64,000 bases of DNA from Trueperaceae bacterium (GCA_034520945.1 JAXHNB010000005.1:96001-160000); one strand, 5' to 3'. Numbered from the stretch's first letter, positions 50,619 to 61,447 are shown. Numbers and translations: made by a program. Notes: generated from the letters alone by a model not told the origin.

Positions 50619-51454
50619 TCGACGTCCTCCATGGAGGCGGCCGGGTAGGAGCCCAGGTACTTCACGAAGGCCGCCTTGCGCATCAGGCCCGTCATGGCGG
50701 AGGCGACGGGCGGATCCTCGACGTGCCCCTCGATGTCGACGTAGAACAGGTAGCTCCACGGCTTGTCGCGGCGGGGCCGGGACTCCAGCTTGGTCATGTT
50801 GATGCCGTGCTTGGGGAACTCCTCCAGGCAGGCCACCAGGTCGCCGGGTCGGTGCTTGGTGGCCAGCACCATGCTGGTCTTGTGGAGGCCGTCGCCGGTC
50901 GGGGCCTCCTCCGAGGCCAGCACGAAGAACCGCGTGTAGTTGTGCGGGTAGTCCTCGATGTGCTCGGCCAGCACGTTCAGGCCGTACGAGTCGGCCGCGC
51001 GCTTGCTGGCGATGGCCGCCCTGCCCTCGCCCCCGTTCTCGCTGAGGAGCTTGGCCGCGCCGGCGGTGTCGAAGTCGGTGATGGCCTCGAGCCGGTGCGT
51101 CCGCAGGAAGCCGGCGCACTGCGCCAGGGCTTGCGGGTGGCTGTAGACGCGCCGGATCTCGTCCAGGTGCACGCCGGGTTGCGCCAGCAGGTTGTGGTGC
51201 ACGCGGACGATGCGTTCGCCGACGACGTGCAGCACCGAATCGGTCAACAAATCGTAGGTCTGGTTGATCGACCCGGCCACGCTGTTCTCCACCGGCAGGC
51301 AGGCGTGGGTGCATTCGCCCTTCACGGTCGCCTCGAATGCCTCCTCGAAGGTGGCGAACCCGACCAGTTCGGCGTCGGGCGCGAACGCCCGGGCCGCCTG
51401 TTCGCTGAACGCGCCGGCGACCCCCTGGTACGCGATGACGGAGCGCGTGCTCAT
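50615..51454 (-). CDS. pheA: Prephenate dehydratase
   Basis: AYQGVAGAFSEQAA, LPVENS..GS, SHPQALAQC, NYTRF, INMTKLESRP (ACT domain). Confidence 0.95.
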   Translation of the reverse strand: MSTRSVIAYQGVAGAFSEQAARAFAPDAELVGFATFEEAFEATVKGECTHACLPVENSVAGSINQTYDLLTDSVLHVVGERIVRVHHNLLAQPGVHLDEIRRVYSHPQALAQCAGFLRTHRLEAITDFDTAGAAKLLSENGGEGRAAIASKRAADSYGLNVLAEHIEDYPHNYTRFFVLASEEAPTGDGLHKTSMVLATKHRPGDLVACLEEFPKHGINMTKLESRPRRDKPWSYLFYVDIEGHVEDPPVASAMTGLMRKAAFVKYLGSYPAASMEDVE

Positions 51455-51516
51455 GACCCGAGAGGCTAGCACGCGCGAAGGCGGTCCGGCGCGTGTCGCG
51501 CACGCCATGGCGGGCG

Positions 51517-53274
51517 TCACTCCGCGTCCGGTTCCAGCCCCTCGATCTCGGCGCGGAGGTCGGCCAGGGCGCGCGCCTGGGCCTCCATCGCCTCGGCGAG
51601 CTCGGTGAGGCGCTCGGTCTCGCTGCGCACGAACCGCGTGTACGGCGCGATGGCCCCGGCCAGGTCGGAGCCGGCCCGCTCGAGTTCGTGCGCCAGCTGG
51701 CGGTCGAGGGAGGCCTCGAGGCCGTCCCGGAGCGCCTGGAGCTGCTCGTGCAGTTCCCGCTTCGCCCGCGCGCGGCGACGCGGAAGGATCAACGCCCCCG
51801 TGCCGATCACCGCCAACGACAGGGTGATGCCGGTGACGTCCACCGCCGCGCTGGACACGAACGCCAACACGGCCGCCCCCAGCCCCACCCCGGAGACCTG
51901 CATCAGGCCCGAGCGGACCACCGACTGCTGAAGCGAGTCGGCGAGGCGCGTCGCCTCCCGCTCCTCGTCGAAGTCCTCCAGCACCGCTTCCGCCTGGTCG
52001 CGCAAGCCCAGCAGCACCTCGCGCCGGTCCATGCGGAAGCGACCGCCGACCTCGCCCACCACGCGGTCGTCCCCCGCCTTGCGCCGCTCGGCCACGTAGC
52101 CGACCACGTCCTCCCACAACTGCAGGTTGCGCTGGACGAACCAATCGACCATCTCGCCCATCGCCTCGTCGATCTCGCGGTCGGCGTCCCGGACCACCTC
52201 GTCCACGAACGCCTGCTTGATGCGCTCGGGCCGCATCAGGTTCAGCACGTTGCCGACGCGCACCGTCCGGTCGAGGAACGCCTCGCCGCGACGCTCCACC
52301 TCCAGCAACGCCGTCTTGATGCGCGCCAGGTAGGTCTCGGCCTCGCGCTTCATCTCGCGCTCGAATTGCGCCCGTTGGCGGTCGACCGCCTCGAGCGTGG
52401 CGCGGTCGTCCGACAACAACGCCAGGCGCCCCTCCAGGGTGTGGCGGGCGTCCCGCGCCAGGCGTTCGCCCACGCCGAGCGGCGTGGCCAGCTTGAGGCG
52501 CAGGCGGTCCAGGTCCCCCAGCTCCGTCTGCACGTAGCGGCGCAGCGCCGGCAGGCCGCTGCTTGCCGGCGCCTCCTCGTCGCCTGCGTCCACCGCGCGC
52601 CGGGCGCGCCGGGCGGACACGCCGAACACGGGCGGCGCCTCGGCGTCCAGCACCTCGCGGGCGTGACGGGCGACGAAGTCCAGCACCTCGGTCCGGGCCG
52701 CCTCGGGATCACTGGCGGCTTCGTCCAGCAGGTCGATCTTGTTGACGATCAGCACGATCTTCTTGCGCCACGCCGCGATCCGCGCCAAAAACTCGCGCTC
52801 GCTGCGCGTGAAGGGACGGTCGGCCGAGGTGACGAACAACACCAGGTCGGCGCGCGGCACGAACCGCTCGGTGAGGACCTCGTGCTTCTCGATCACGGCG
52901 TTGGTGCCGGGCGTGTCGACCAGCGCCAGGTGCTCGAGCCCGTCGACCGGCACGCTCCGGTAGGTGATGCCCTCCTCCACCCCGTGCGTGGCCTCGCCGT
53001 AGGTGACCACGGTGATGCGGTCGGTGGTGGGCGTGACCCCTTCGGGCATGACGTCGCGGTTCAGCAGGGCGTTCAGCAGGCTGGACTTGCCGGCGTTGTA
53101 CTCGCCGCACACCACCAGCATGAACAGCCCGTCCAGATCGGACAGGGCGGTACGCAACGCTTCGCGCGCGTCGGGCTGGACCTCCGCCTGCGCGAGGAGT
53201 TCGCGCAGATCGCCGAGCAATGCGCGCTCCCGTTCCACGAGGGCGCGCGCAGAGGCGCCGGCGAGGGCGTTCAT
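51517..53274 (-). CDS. Bacterial dynamin-like GTPase
   Basis: GEYNAGKSS (G1), GVTPTT (G2), DTPG (G3), NKID (G4), long helical stalk, hydrophobic paddle near the C-terminus. Confidence 0.88.
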   Translation of the reverse strand: MNALAGASARALVERERALLGDLRELLAQAEVQPDAREALRTALSDLDGLFMLVVCGEYNAGKSSLLNALLNRDVMPEGVTPTTDRITVVTYGEATHGVEEGITYRSVPVDGLEHLALVDTPGTNAVIEKHEVLTERFVPRADLVLFVTSADRPFTRSEREFLARIAAWRKKIVLIVNKIDLLDEAASDPEAARTEVLDFVARHAREVLDAEAPPVFGVSARRARRAVDAGDEEAPASSGLPALRRYVQTELGDLDRLRLKLATPLGVGERLARDARHTLEGRLALLSDDRATLEAVDRQRAQFEREMKREAETYLARIKTALLEVERRGEAFLDRTVRVGNVLNLMRPERIKQAFVDEVVRDADREIDEAMGEMVDWFVQRNLQLWEDVVGYVAERRKAGDDRVVGEVGGRFRMDRREVLLGLRDQAEAVLEDFDEEREATRLADSLQQSVVRSGLMQVSGVGLGAAVLAFVSSAAVDVTGITLSLAVIGTGALILPRRRARAKRELHEQLQALRDGLEASLDRQLAHELERAGSDLAGAIAPYTRFVRSETERLTELAEAMEAQARALADLRAEIEGLEPDAE

Positions 53275-53415
53275 GCGGCGGAGGATAGCACGTCCTCACG
53301 GGCGGGCGGACGCCGCCTAGCCCGTGCGTGCCCACCGCGTCGCGTGCCGCGCCGGGCGACCGGTACACTGCGGCTCGTCCGCTTCCCGTGTTCCCCCTCG
53401 GCCCCTGGAGGTCCC

Positions 53416-54525
53416 ATGCGCACCCGTCCGCGACACGCCCGCCCCCTCTTCGCCCGCTTCGCCGCGACCTGGCTCGTCGCCGTCCTCCTCGCCGGCCTCG
53501 CCAGCGGCGCCGCGCTGGGGCAGTCGATCGGCGATCCCGCCACGGCGTTCCTGGACGCGTCCGGCGCGGTTCACGAAGGCGAGGGACGCTACCGGATCGG
53601 GTCGTGGGCGGTGCGACCGTACGCCCGCGACGAGCTGCTGGTCCGTACCGAGCTGGAGGGCACGTTGGACGAGGAAGGCATCGAGGACGCCGCGCAGGCG
53701 TTGGCGATCGCCACGGGCTACGGCGCCGGCATCGAGGACGGGATCGCGCAGTTCCTGTCGCAGCGCGCCGGCGAGCTGGCCGGCCGCGGCCAGGTGGAGG
53801 TGTCGGTCGAGGCCTACCGCCTGGGGATCGAGGTGCGGGGCGACGCGCCGTACGAGGCCACCCTGACGTTGGCGCGGCCGGCGGTGCCGCCAGAGGCGTT
53901 TCCCGAGCCGGTCGCCACGCTGGGCCCCGAGGACGCGCCGGTGGTGGTGCGCGAGTTCAGCGACTTCCAGTGCCCCTTCTGCCAGCGCTACGCCCGCGAG
54001 GTGCTGCCGGGACTGAAAGACGAGCTCGTGGCCAGCGGCGAGGTGCGCTTCGCGTTCCACCACTTCCCGTTGGACTCGATCCACGCCAACGCCTCGCCCG
54101 CCGCCGAGGCGGCGCAGTGCGTGGCCGACGCCTTCGGCCCAGGCGCATTCTGGGCGTACCACGACCTGCTGTTCGAGCGGCAGGCGGCCTGGCAGGACCT
54201 GGGCGACCCCGACGCCTACTTCGCCCGGCTGGTTCGGGACATGGAGGCGTCCCTCCCGTCCGGTCGCAGCGCCGAGGAGGCGCGCCAGGAGGTGGCGACG
54301 TGCCTAGAGGAGGGGCGCACCCGCGAGGCGGTGGCCGCGGCCTACGACGCGGCGACGCGCCTCGGGCTGTCGGGAACGCCCAGCGTGTTCGTGGGCCGGT
54401 TCCGGCTGAACGAGTTCGGCGATCCCACCGCCTATGGGCGCCTGGTGCGGCTGGAGCGGGCCTACGCGGCCACCGACCAGGCGCGCCCCGTGGAGCCCGC
54501 GGCGACGTCTGAGGGCGGCGAGTGA
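53416..54525 (+). CDS. Exported DsbA-family thioredoxin-fold protein with an extra N-terminal domain
   Basis: Signal peptide; EFSDFQCPFC, HHFPL, GTPSVF (cis-Pro loop). Confidence 0.87.
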   Translation: MRTRPRHARPLFARFAATWLVAVLLAGLASGAALGQSIGDPATAFLDASGAVHEGEGRYRIGSWAVRPYARDELLVRTELEGTLDEEGIEDAAQALAIATGYGAGIEDGIAQFLSQRAGELAGRGQVEVSVEAYRLGIEVRGDAPYEATLTLARPAVPPEAFPEPVATLGPEDAPVVVREFSDFQCPFCQRYAREVLPGLKDELVASGEVRFAFHHFPLDSIHANASPAAEAAQCVADAFGPGAFWAYHDLLFERQAAWQDLGDPDAYFARLVRDMEASLPSGRSAEEARQEVATCLEEGRTREAVAAAYDAATRLGLSGTPSVFVGRFRLNEFGDPTAYGRLVRLERAYAATDQARPVEPAATSEGGE

Positions 54526-54600
54526 GCGGGCCTGCCCGCCCCCGCTCGGCAATTGCCTAGCGCGCCACGCGTGGCGCGCCACGCCCGGTACGCTGGGTGC

Positions 54601-55707
54601 ATGCCGAGCGTCACCGACCTTCGCCTGGATGTGGACGCCCTCGTGGCGGACCTGGTGCGGCTGCTGGACGTCCCCTCGCCGACCGGATTCACCGACGCCG
54701 CCACGGACGAGGTGGCATCCGCCGTGCACGCGCTGGGCCTGCCGACCCGGCGAACGCCGAAGGGGGCGTTGCTGTGGACGATTCCGGGCGGGGATGGGCC
54801 TCCGCGAAGCGTTGCCAGCCACATCGACACGCTGGGCGCCATGGTCAAGGAGATCAAGCCCAGCGGGCGCCTGAAACTGTCCCCGCTCGGCGGGTACGAC
54901 TGGGCCACGGTCGAGGGGGCGGAGTGCCGGCTGACCACCTTCGAGGGACGCGCCTTCACCGGCACGGTCGTGAACGTGAAGCAGTCCACGCACGTGCACG
55001 GCCCGAAGCTGCGGGACCTGAAGCGCGACCAGGACGCCATGGAGTTGCGGCTCGACGCCGAGGCGTGGAACGACGACGACGTGCGCGCCCTGGGCGTGGG
55101 GGTCGGCGACCCGGTCGCGTTCCTGGCGCGGCCCTCGGTGACGCCGTCGGGGTTCGTCAAGGGTCGCCACCTCGACAACAAGGCCTCGGTCGCGGCGTGC
55201 CTGGCGGTCACCCGGACGGTGGCCGCCTCCGGCGTGCGCCCGCCCGGTGACGTGCACGTGTTCGTGTCCAACTACGAGGAGGTCGGGCACGGCGCGGCCG
55301 CCGGCATCCCGGCGGACACGGAGGAGTTGTTGTGCCTCGACATGGCGGCCGTCGGCGAGGGGCAGCGCAGCCGCGAGGACGCCGTGACGCTGTGCGTCAA
55401 GGATGCGACCGGGCCGTACGATGCCGGCATGAACCGGGCGCTGCGCCGCCTGGCGGCCCGTGCCGACCTCCCGCTGGAGGTGGACATCTACCCGTACTAC
55501 GGATCGGACGCTTCGGCCGCCTGGCGTGCCGGCGGCCGGTGGCGCGCCGCCCTGATCGGCCCGGGCGTCGACGCGTCGCACGCGTTCGAGCGGACCCACC
55601 GCAAGGCGCTGGACGCCACCGCCCGGCTGCTTCTCGCCTGGATGCTGGCGCCGGCGGTCGGGGCCGCTGAGGCGCGCCCGGCCTCACCCGCGTCACATGT
55701 AGGCTAG
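54601..55707 (+). CDS. M42 family metallopeptidase
   Basis: PSPTG, SHIDTLG, RHLDNKA, YEEVGHG, YGSDA, DASHAFER. Confidence 0.9.
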   Translation: MPSVTDLRLDVDALVADLVRLLDVPSPTGFTDAATDEVASAVHALGLPTRRTPKGALLWTIPGGDGPPRSVASHIDTLGAMVKEIKPSGRLKLSPLGGYDWATVEGAECRLTTFEGRAFTGTVVNVKQSTHVHGPKLRDLKRDQDAMELRLDAEAWNDDDVRALGVGVGDPVAFLARPSVTPSGFVKGRHLDNKASVAACLAVTRTVAASGVRPPGDVHVFVSNYEEVGHGAAAGIPADTEELLCLDMAAVGEGQRSREDAVTLCVKDATGPYDAGMNRALRRLAARADLPLEVDIYPYYGSDASAAWRAGGRWRAALIGPGVDASHAFERTHRKALDATARLLLAWMLAPAVGAAEARPASPASHVG

Positions 55708-55718
55708 ACTTCATGCAG

Positions 55719-56420
55719 ATGCAGGAATACCCGAGCCTGGTGTGGCATCTCAAGAACACGCAGTTGTTCGAGGATCTCTCCGAGGACGAGTTGGAGCAAC
55801 TGTCCAAGATCACGCCGTACCGTCGCTACGGCGCCGGCGAGGTCGTCTATCACATGGAGGACCCCTCCGACGCGCTGTACTTCGTGCGGGACGGCATGGT
55901 CAAGATCTCCATGTACTTCCCGAACGGCAAGGAGATGATCCTCGGTTTGCTGGGGCAGTACGACATCTTCGGCGAGCTGTTGCTCCTCCCCAGCGAGCGC
56001 CGCCCCAACCAGGCGGAAGCGGTGGTCGACACCACGCTGATCGTGATGCCCGAGTCCGACTTCCAGCGCCTCCTGCAGCAGCAACCCCGCATCGCCATGA
56101 AGTTCATTCAGGTGATGTCGACGCGCCTGTGGCAAGCCCAGCAGTGGCAGGCCGAAGTGGGCGCCTTCGACGCACCGGGGCGTCTGGCCAACCTGCTGGT
56201 CCGCCTCAGCAGCGATTTCGGGCGCAAGGGGGAGCGCGGGGTCGAGATCGACCTGAACCTCACCCAGCAGGATCTCGCCAAGATGATCGGCGCCACCCGT
56301 GAGACCGTGAGCCACTGCCTGGCCCGGCTGTTGGAGTTCGGGGCCGTCAAGCGCCGCCGTTCCCCCATCGTGGTCGACCCGCCCGCGCTGCTTCGCTTCC
56401 TGGACGAAGCCGGCGGCTGA
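55719..56420 (+). CDS. Crp/Fnr family transcriptional regulator (alternative start at 55713)
   Basis: cNMP-binding domain (IFGEL) and HTH LTQQDLAKMIGATRETVS. Confidence 0.92.
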   Translation: MQEYPSLVWHLKNTQLFEDLSEDELEQLSKITPYRRYGAGEVVYHMEDPSDALYFVRDGMVKISMYFPNGKEMILGLLGQYDIFGELLLLPSERRPNQAEAVVDTTLIVMPESDFQRLLQQQPRIAMKFIQVMSTRLWQAQQWQAEVGAFDAPGRLANLLVRLSSDFGRKGERGVEIDLNLTQQDLAKMIGATRETVSHCLARLLEFGAVKRRRSPIVVDPPALLRFLDEAGG

Positions 56421-56466
56421 TCCCGCCGCGGCCCCGGCGGCGGGGCCGACGCGTCGAACGCCTGCG

Positions 56467-58305
56467 TCAACCGGTCGGCGCCGCCCCCTGCACCGCTTCG
56501 GGCGGAGCGAACACCACCAGGGAGCCCCCGTCGGCTTCGCGGCCCGCGGACTCTCCGGCGACGACCTCGACGCCATCCTCACGCAACCGGAACAGCGGGA
56601 TGACCTCGGCGTCCGGATCCCACGCCGGCACCTCCGACTTGCCCTTCTGCACCGGCGCGATGACGATCAAAGCCCCCTGCGCCTGCAGGCGGGCCACGTC
56701 ACGGTAGTGCGTGTGCGCACCGAACGCCAGGCGCCCACGGACGCGGGGCGGCCCAGCCCCCCGATTGCGGTCGGCGTCGCCGGGCGCCAGCTGGAACACG
56801 TTGTTCGAGCCGAACTCGCGGGCGTACTTCAGGGCGGCCAAGGTGTTGGACTCGTCGCTGGGCGTCAGCGCCAGCAGGCGTCCGACGCCGGACAGGGGCA
56901 ACTCGTCGTCCACCTGATCCGACAACACGTTGCCGTGATACGCGCGCAGCCCCTCCGCCCGGGCCGCCGCGACGTTGGTGCCGTTGGTATCCGCCAGCAG
57001 CACGTCGATCCCCTGCGCATCCAGGAACGCCGCCACCTTGCGTGCAAACGGGTGGGCGCCCAGGACGAGGAAGCCCTGCGGGACCGGTTCGGCGACGCCC
57101 AAGGCCGCCGCGACCGGGCGCGCGGTGAGGCTGCCCAATAGGACCGTCCCCACGATCACCAGGAACACCAGCGTCACCAACTGCCCGGCCTCCGCGAACC
57201 CGGCCTCCTGCAAGCGCGTCGCGAACAGCGAGCTGACCGCCGCCGCCACGATGCCGCGCGGCGCGATCCAGCTCAGGTACGCCTTCTCGCGGAGGTCCAG
57301 CGGGCTCCCGAGCGTCGACACGAACACGCTGATCGGACGGATTACCAGCACCACGGTGGCCAGCAACGCCAGCCCGGGCAGCGTCAGCGCTTCCGCCAGC
57401 TGGCTCAACTCGACGTTGGCCGCCAGCACGATGAACAACAGGCTGATGAAGAGGACGGTCAGGTCCTCCTTGAAGCTGAGGATGTAGGTGATGTTGGGCA
57501 CGCCCAGGTTGGCGATCACCATCCCCATCAGCACCGACGCCAGCAGGCCGGCCTCCGGCGCCAACGCGCTCGCGATGGCGAACGCACCGAACAGGAACGC
57601 CAGCGACACCATGTTGATCAGGTAATCGGGGAGCTTGCGCCGCCGCAGCAGCCACGCCAGCGCGGTGCCGGCCGCGACGCCGACGGCGCTGCCGACCAGC
57701 ACGAACCGCAGGAACGACAGGACCGTGCGGCCCAGGGCGACCTCCCGGGTCTCGATCAGCAGGAACTCGAACACCAGGACCGCGACCATCGCCCCGATCG
57801 CGTCGATCAGCACCCCCTCCCACTTCAGGATGTTCGCCACGCGCGCCTTGGGTCGAACGATGCGGAGGAGGGGACCGATGACGGTGGGGCCGGTGACGAT
57901 GATCAGCGCCCCGAACAGCGTCGCCAGCCCGACGGGCAGACCGATCAGGAGGTAGGCCGCCAACGCGCCGCCGAACCAGGTGATCAGCGCGCCCACGCTG
58001 ACCAGGCGCACGACCACGCCCCGGATCCCCTGCACTTCGGGAATCGTCAGCGTCAGACCGCCTTCGAACAGGATCAACCCCACCGCCAGCGACACCAGCG
58101 GGAACAGCAGCTCCTCGCCGATCAGGGCGGTGGGGTCGATCCACCCCAGCACGGGTCCGACCAGAAAACCGGTCAGCAACAGTGGCAGGATCGCCGGCAG
58201 GCGGATGCGCCACGCAGCCCACTGCGCCAGCGCGCCGAGCGCGACGATCGAAGCCACGGCCAGGGCGGGTTGAGAGGTGAGATACTCGAGCACGACGCCC
58301 ATCAT
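56467..58305 (-). CDS. CPA1 (NhaP-type) cation:proton antiporter with C-terminal RCK/TrkA-N-like domain
   Basis: About 12 TM helices; [38 protein letters not shown]. Confidence 0.9.
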   Translation of the reverse strand: MMGVVLEYLTSQPALAVASIVALGALAQWAAWRIRLPAILPLLLTGFLVGPVLGWIDPTALIGEELLFPLVSLAVGLILFEGGLTLTIPEVQGIRGVVVRLVSVGALITWFGGALAAYLLIGLPVGLATLFGALIIVTGPTVIGPLLRIVRPKARVANILKWEGVLIDAIGAMVAVLVFEFLLIETREVALGRTVLSFLRFVLVGSAVGVAAGTALAWLLRRRKLPDYLINMVSLAFLFGAFAIASALAPEAGLLASVLMGMVIANLGVPNITYILSFKEDLTVLFISLLFIVLAANVELSQLAEALTLPGLALLATVVLVIRPISVFVSTLGSPLDLREKAYLSWIAPRGIVAAAVSSLFATRLQEAGFAEAGQLVTLVFLVIVGTVLLGSLTARPVAAALGVAEPVPQGFLVLGAHPFARKVAAFLDAQGIDVLLADTNGTNVAAARAEGLRAYHGNVLSDQVDDELPLSGVGRLLALTPSDESNTLAALKYAREFGSNNVFQLAPGDADRNRGAGPPRVRGRLAFGAHTHYRDVARLQAQGALIVIAPVQKGKSEVPAWDPDAEVIPLFRLREDGVEVVAGESAGREADGGSLVVFAPPEAVQGAAPTG

Positions 58306-58374
58306 TTCACGTCAGGGCGGGGCGGGCGCATCACGGACGTCGCCGCCTCTGGCGGCGTCGTGCTAGCGTGCCCC

Positions 58375-58677
58375 GTGCAGCAGAAGTTTCTGGTGACCAC
58401 AGACCATGGCGAGGTGCTCGTCCGCATCGACCCCGACAAGGGCGGGCTGGAGCCCGACCTGCTGATTCTGGAAAAGCCCGACGCCGACAACGCCGCGGAC
58501 CTGCGCTCCACGGTGCCGCTGCGGGCCTTCGGCGCCAAGATGGTCGAGCTGATCGAGGCGCAAGGCGGCGACATGCCCGGCGGCGAGCGGCTGCGGCAGG
58601 TGCTGGTCCGCGAAAAGGCCAGTTCCGACCTGAACCGCATCGAACGGTGGGCCAAGGCACACGCCGGCGAAGGCTGA
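58375..58677 (+). CDS. Small hypothetical protein
   Basis: Host-like codon usage; GTG 5 nt after TAGCGT; fills an otherwise empty gap; start uncertain. Confidence 0.65.
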   Translation: MQQKFLVTTDHGEVLVRIDPDKGGLEPDLLILEKPDADNAADLRSTVPLRAFGAKMVELIEAQGGDMPGGERLRQVLVREKASSDLNRIERWAKAHAGEG

Positions 58678-58708
58678 GCGGGCGGCGCGGGGCCGCCCGG
58701 CCGCCGCG

Positions 58709-59167
58709 TCAGTCCTCTTCGACGACCTCGCCGAGTCCCAGCAGCACGTTCTTGTACAGCTCCAGCGAGAACGCCTCGATCGCCTCGCGGGCTTCGTCGG
58801 TGGCGAGGCCGGCGGCGACGCGTTCGTGGGCGATGCGCAGCGTGGCGGCGAGGATGGGCTCGAACAGCGGCCACGGGCCGTCGAAGCCCTCCGGCGCCCG
58901 CGGCGCCGGCTCGGCCGTGCTGGCCGCCGCCTCCGTCCCGCCTGGCGCCTCGTCCTGCGCGTCGAGGGTGCGGAGGGCCTCCTCGGCGGCGAGCCGCTCG
59001 GCCGTCCGCTTGTTGGCGCCGCGGCCGCGGCCCAGCACCTCGTCCCCTGCGCGGACCTCGGCTTCGAATTCGGGTTCGTGGTCGGGGCCGGACATGCGCG
59101 CTTCGAAGCGCGGTTGCCGGCCCTCCTTCTGCAGGCGTTCGATGAGAACGCCCTTCGGATGTGCCAT
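58709..59167 (-). CDS. Standalone double-stranded RNA-binding motif protein
   Basis: HPKGVLIERLQK...SGPDHEPEFEAEV...GRGRGANKRTAERLAAEEAL matches the dsRBD consensus; no RNase III catalytic domain. Confidence 0.85.
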   Translation of the reverse strand: MAHPKGVLIERLQKEGRQPRFEARMSGPDHEPEFEAEVRAGDEVLGRGRGANKRTAERLAAEEALRTLDAQDEAPGGTEAAASTAEPAPRAPEGFDGPWPLFEPILAATLRIAHERVAAGLATDEAREAIEAFSLELYKNVLLGLGEVVEED

Positions 59168-59266
59168 GGAAGTCCTTCCCGTCAGCCGCGCGGCGCCCGG
59201 CGTGCGCGTGCCGATCGGCTGACCGCGTGCACGGTAGCACGTGGGCGCGTACGCTAGGATGACGTC

Positions 59267-59932
59267 ATGACACGGCTGCTTTTGTGCGACGACCATGCGA
59301 TGTTCCGGCAGGGCCTGCGCACCATCCTCGAAACCGAGCCCGACGTCCGCGTCATCGGCGAGGCCGCCACGGGCCGGGAGGCCGTGCGGCATGCGCTCGA
59401 GACGCGTCCCGACGTGGTGCTGATGGACATCCAGATGCCCGACATCGACGGTGTCGCCGCCACCAAGGAGATCCTGGCGGAGGATCCCGACATCAAGGTG
59501 ATCATTCTCACCATGTACCGCCAGGACAAGTACGTCTTCGAAGCGATCAAGGTCGGCGCCCGCGGGTACATGCTCAAGGACGCCGACGCGAGCGACCTGC
59601 TGTCGGCGATCCGCCGCGTCGCCTCGGGCGAGACGCTCCTCAACGCCGAGCTGGCCCGCAACATCCTGGAGGAGTTCCACAAGACGGAGCAGCTGCCCGA
59701 ACTACAAGGGCAGCGCCTGAGCGAGCTGACCGAGCGCGAAGAGGAGATCCTGCGCCACATCGCGCAAGGGGAGAGCAATCAGGAGATCGCCGAGGCGCTG
59801 TCGGTGAGCGAAAAGACCGTGCGCAATCGCTTGTCCGAGATCTTCTCGAAACTGAGGCTCAACAATCGGACGCAGGCGGCGCTGTACGCCTTGCGGGAGG
59901 GGATCGCGTCGCTGCGGGACACCCAGGAGTGA
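59267..59932 (+). CDS. NarL/LuxR-family response regulator (no adjacent kinase)
   Basis: [12 protein letters not shown] (phospho-Asp), [15 protein letters not shown]...SNQEIA...SEKTVRN. Confidence 0.95.
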   Translation: MTRLLLCDDHAMFRQGLRTILETEPDVRVIGEAATGREAVRHALETRPDVVLMDIQMPDIDGVAATKEILAEDPDIKVIILTMYRQDKYVFEAIKVGARGYMLKDADASDLLSAIRRVASGETLLNAELARNILEEFHKTEQLPELQGQRLSELTEREEEILRHIAQGESNQEIAEALSVSEKTVRNRLSEIFSKLRLNNRTQAALYALREGIASLRDTQE

Positions 59933-61068
59933 ACGCCCGCGGCCCCGGCGCCCGCGGCGCCGCGGGGCGCGCGCCCGCCCACGACGACGAACTCCGCAGC
60001 CTCCTCCGGCGCGTGTGCGAAGTGCCCGCCCCGACCTTCGCGGAGGAGGCCCGGGCGACCCTGGTGGCCCGGCTGTTGCGGGAGGCGACGCTCGAGGTGC
60101 GGCGCGACGCGGCCGGCAACGTGCTGGCCTGGCTGCCGGGCGGCGCGGGGCCCCGGGTGGCGCTGGCGGCCCATCTGGATACGGTGTTCGCAGCGGACGT
60201 GCCGGTCGAGGTGCGCACCGAGGGGGACCGCTGGCTCGCGCCGGGCATCGGCGACGACGCCGCCGGCGTGGCGGTGCTGCTGCACCTGGCGCGCGAGCTT
60301 GCGCGTGGAGGGGCGTCGGCGCGCCCGCGGCTCCTGTTGGCGTTCACGGTGGGGGAGGAGGGCGAGGGCGACCTGCGGGGCGCCCGCGAGGTGGTGCGGG
60401 CGCACCGCGACGAGCTGGACGTATTCGTGGCGGTCGACGGGCACCTCGGGTCGGTGGTCGACACCGGCGTCGGCTCGCGGCGGTACCGCGCCACGTTCAC
60501 GGGCCCCGGCGGGCACGCCTGGGGCGACTACCCCGCGCCCAGCGCGGTGCACGCCGCGGGCGACGCCGTCCACGCCCTGACGCGCATCCACGTGCCCGAG
60601 GCGCCCCGCAGCAGCCTCAACGTGGGGCAGCTCGGCGGCGGGACGGCAGTCAACGCCATCGCCGAGCGGGCGTGGTTGACGCTGGACCTGCGCAGCGTCG
60701 ATGCCGCTGGCCTGGACGTGCTCACGGAGGAGGCCGAACGGCGCCTGCGCAGCGTCGCGCGTCGCCACCGCGTCCAGCTGTCGCTGGCGCGGATCGGCGA
60801 CCGGCCGCCCGGTCGCTCGGACGACGGGACGCTCCGCGACGCCGCCCGGGCGGCACTTCGGTCCTTGGACCTCGAGCCCAGCGTGGGGGCCAGCAGCACC
60901 GACGCCAACGCGGCGATGGCGGAGGGCCTGCCGGCGGTGTGCATCGGCGTGTACCGCGGGGGGGACGCGCACCGCCTTGGCGAGTGGCTCGATCCCGCCT
61001 CCCTCGACCAAGGGGCGGCGATGCTGCGGGCGTTCCTCGCCGAGCTCGCGGCCCGCTGGCGGGCGTAA
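59929..61068 (+). CDS. M20/M25/M40 family metallo-hydrolase
   Basis: [43 protein letters not shown]. Confidence 0.88.
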   Translation: MNARGPGARGAAGRAPAHDDELRSLLRRVCEVPAPTFAEEARATLVARLLREATLEVRRDAAGNVLAWLPGGAGPRVALAAHLDTVFAADVPVEVRTEGDRWLAPGIGDDAAGVAVLLHLARELARGGASARPRLLLAFTVGEEGEGDLRGAREVVRAHRDELDVFVAVDGHLGSVVDTGVGSRRYRATFTGPGGHAWGDYPAPSAVHAAGDAVHALTRIHVPEAPRSSLNVGQLGGGTAVNAIAERAWLTLDLRSVDAAGLDVLTEEAERRLRSVARRHRVQLSLARIGDRPPGRSDDGTLRDAARAALRSLDLEPSVGASSTDANAAMAEGLPAVCIGVYRGGDAHRLGEWLDPASLDQGAAMLRAFLAELAARWRA

Positions 61069-61198
61069 CCCAGCCACGTGGACGGATCTGCCCCATCCTG
61101 ATCGGGTCATCCCTGATATTGGCTAGCTTCCTGCTAGTCTGCGATATGGCAGTCACTTCTCAAGCTCCAGCCAGTGATCTGCTCGTGAGGAGGTGGCG

Positions 61199-61447
61199 AT
61201 GACGACCGCGAAACTCGGGAGGCGTGGCCAACTCACCCTGCCACGTGAGGTCCGAGAGCGACTACGGCTCGAGGAAGGGCAGCGGATTGCCTTCGTCATC
61301 AAAGGCGATGAGGTGGTGCTGCAACCTCTCACCACGACCTTGCGTGATCTGCGGGGCTCGGTGCAGGTCGCGGAGCCACAAGACTTTGACGTGGTGCGCG
61401 AAACGGTGAAGCGGGCGCGGGCCGAGGCGGCGCTGGACGATGGCTGA
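61199..61447 (+). CDS. AbrB/MazE/SpoVT-family antitoxin
   Basis: RGQLTLPREVRERLRLEEGQRIAF; GAGGAGG SD; overlaps the toxin gene. Confidence 0.9.
   Translation: MTTAKLGRRGQLTLPREVRERLRLEEGQRIAFVIKGDEVVLQPLTTTLRDLRGSVQVAEPQDFDVVRETVKRARAEAALDDG

Noticed and set aside
55719..56420. Assigning a specific name (e.g. ddrI or crp) to the Crp/Fnr regulator
   Set aside because: Several paralogs exist in this lineage, and orthology cannot be established without a search.
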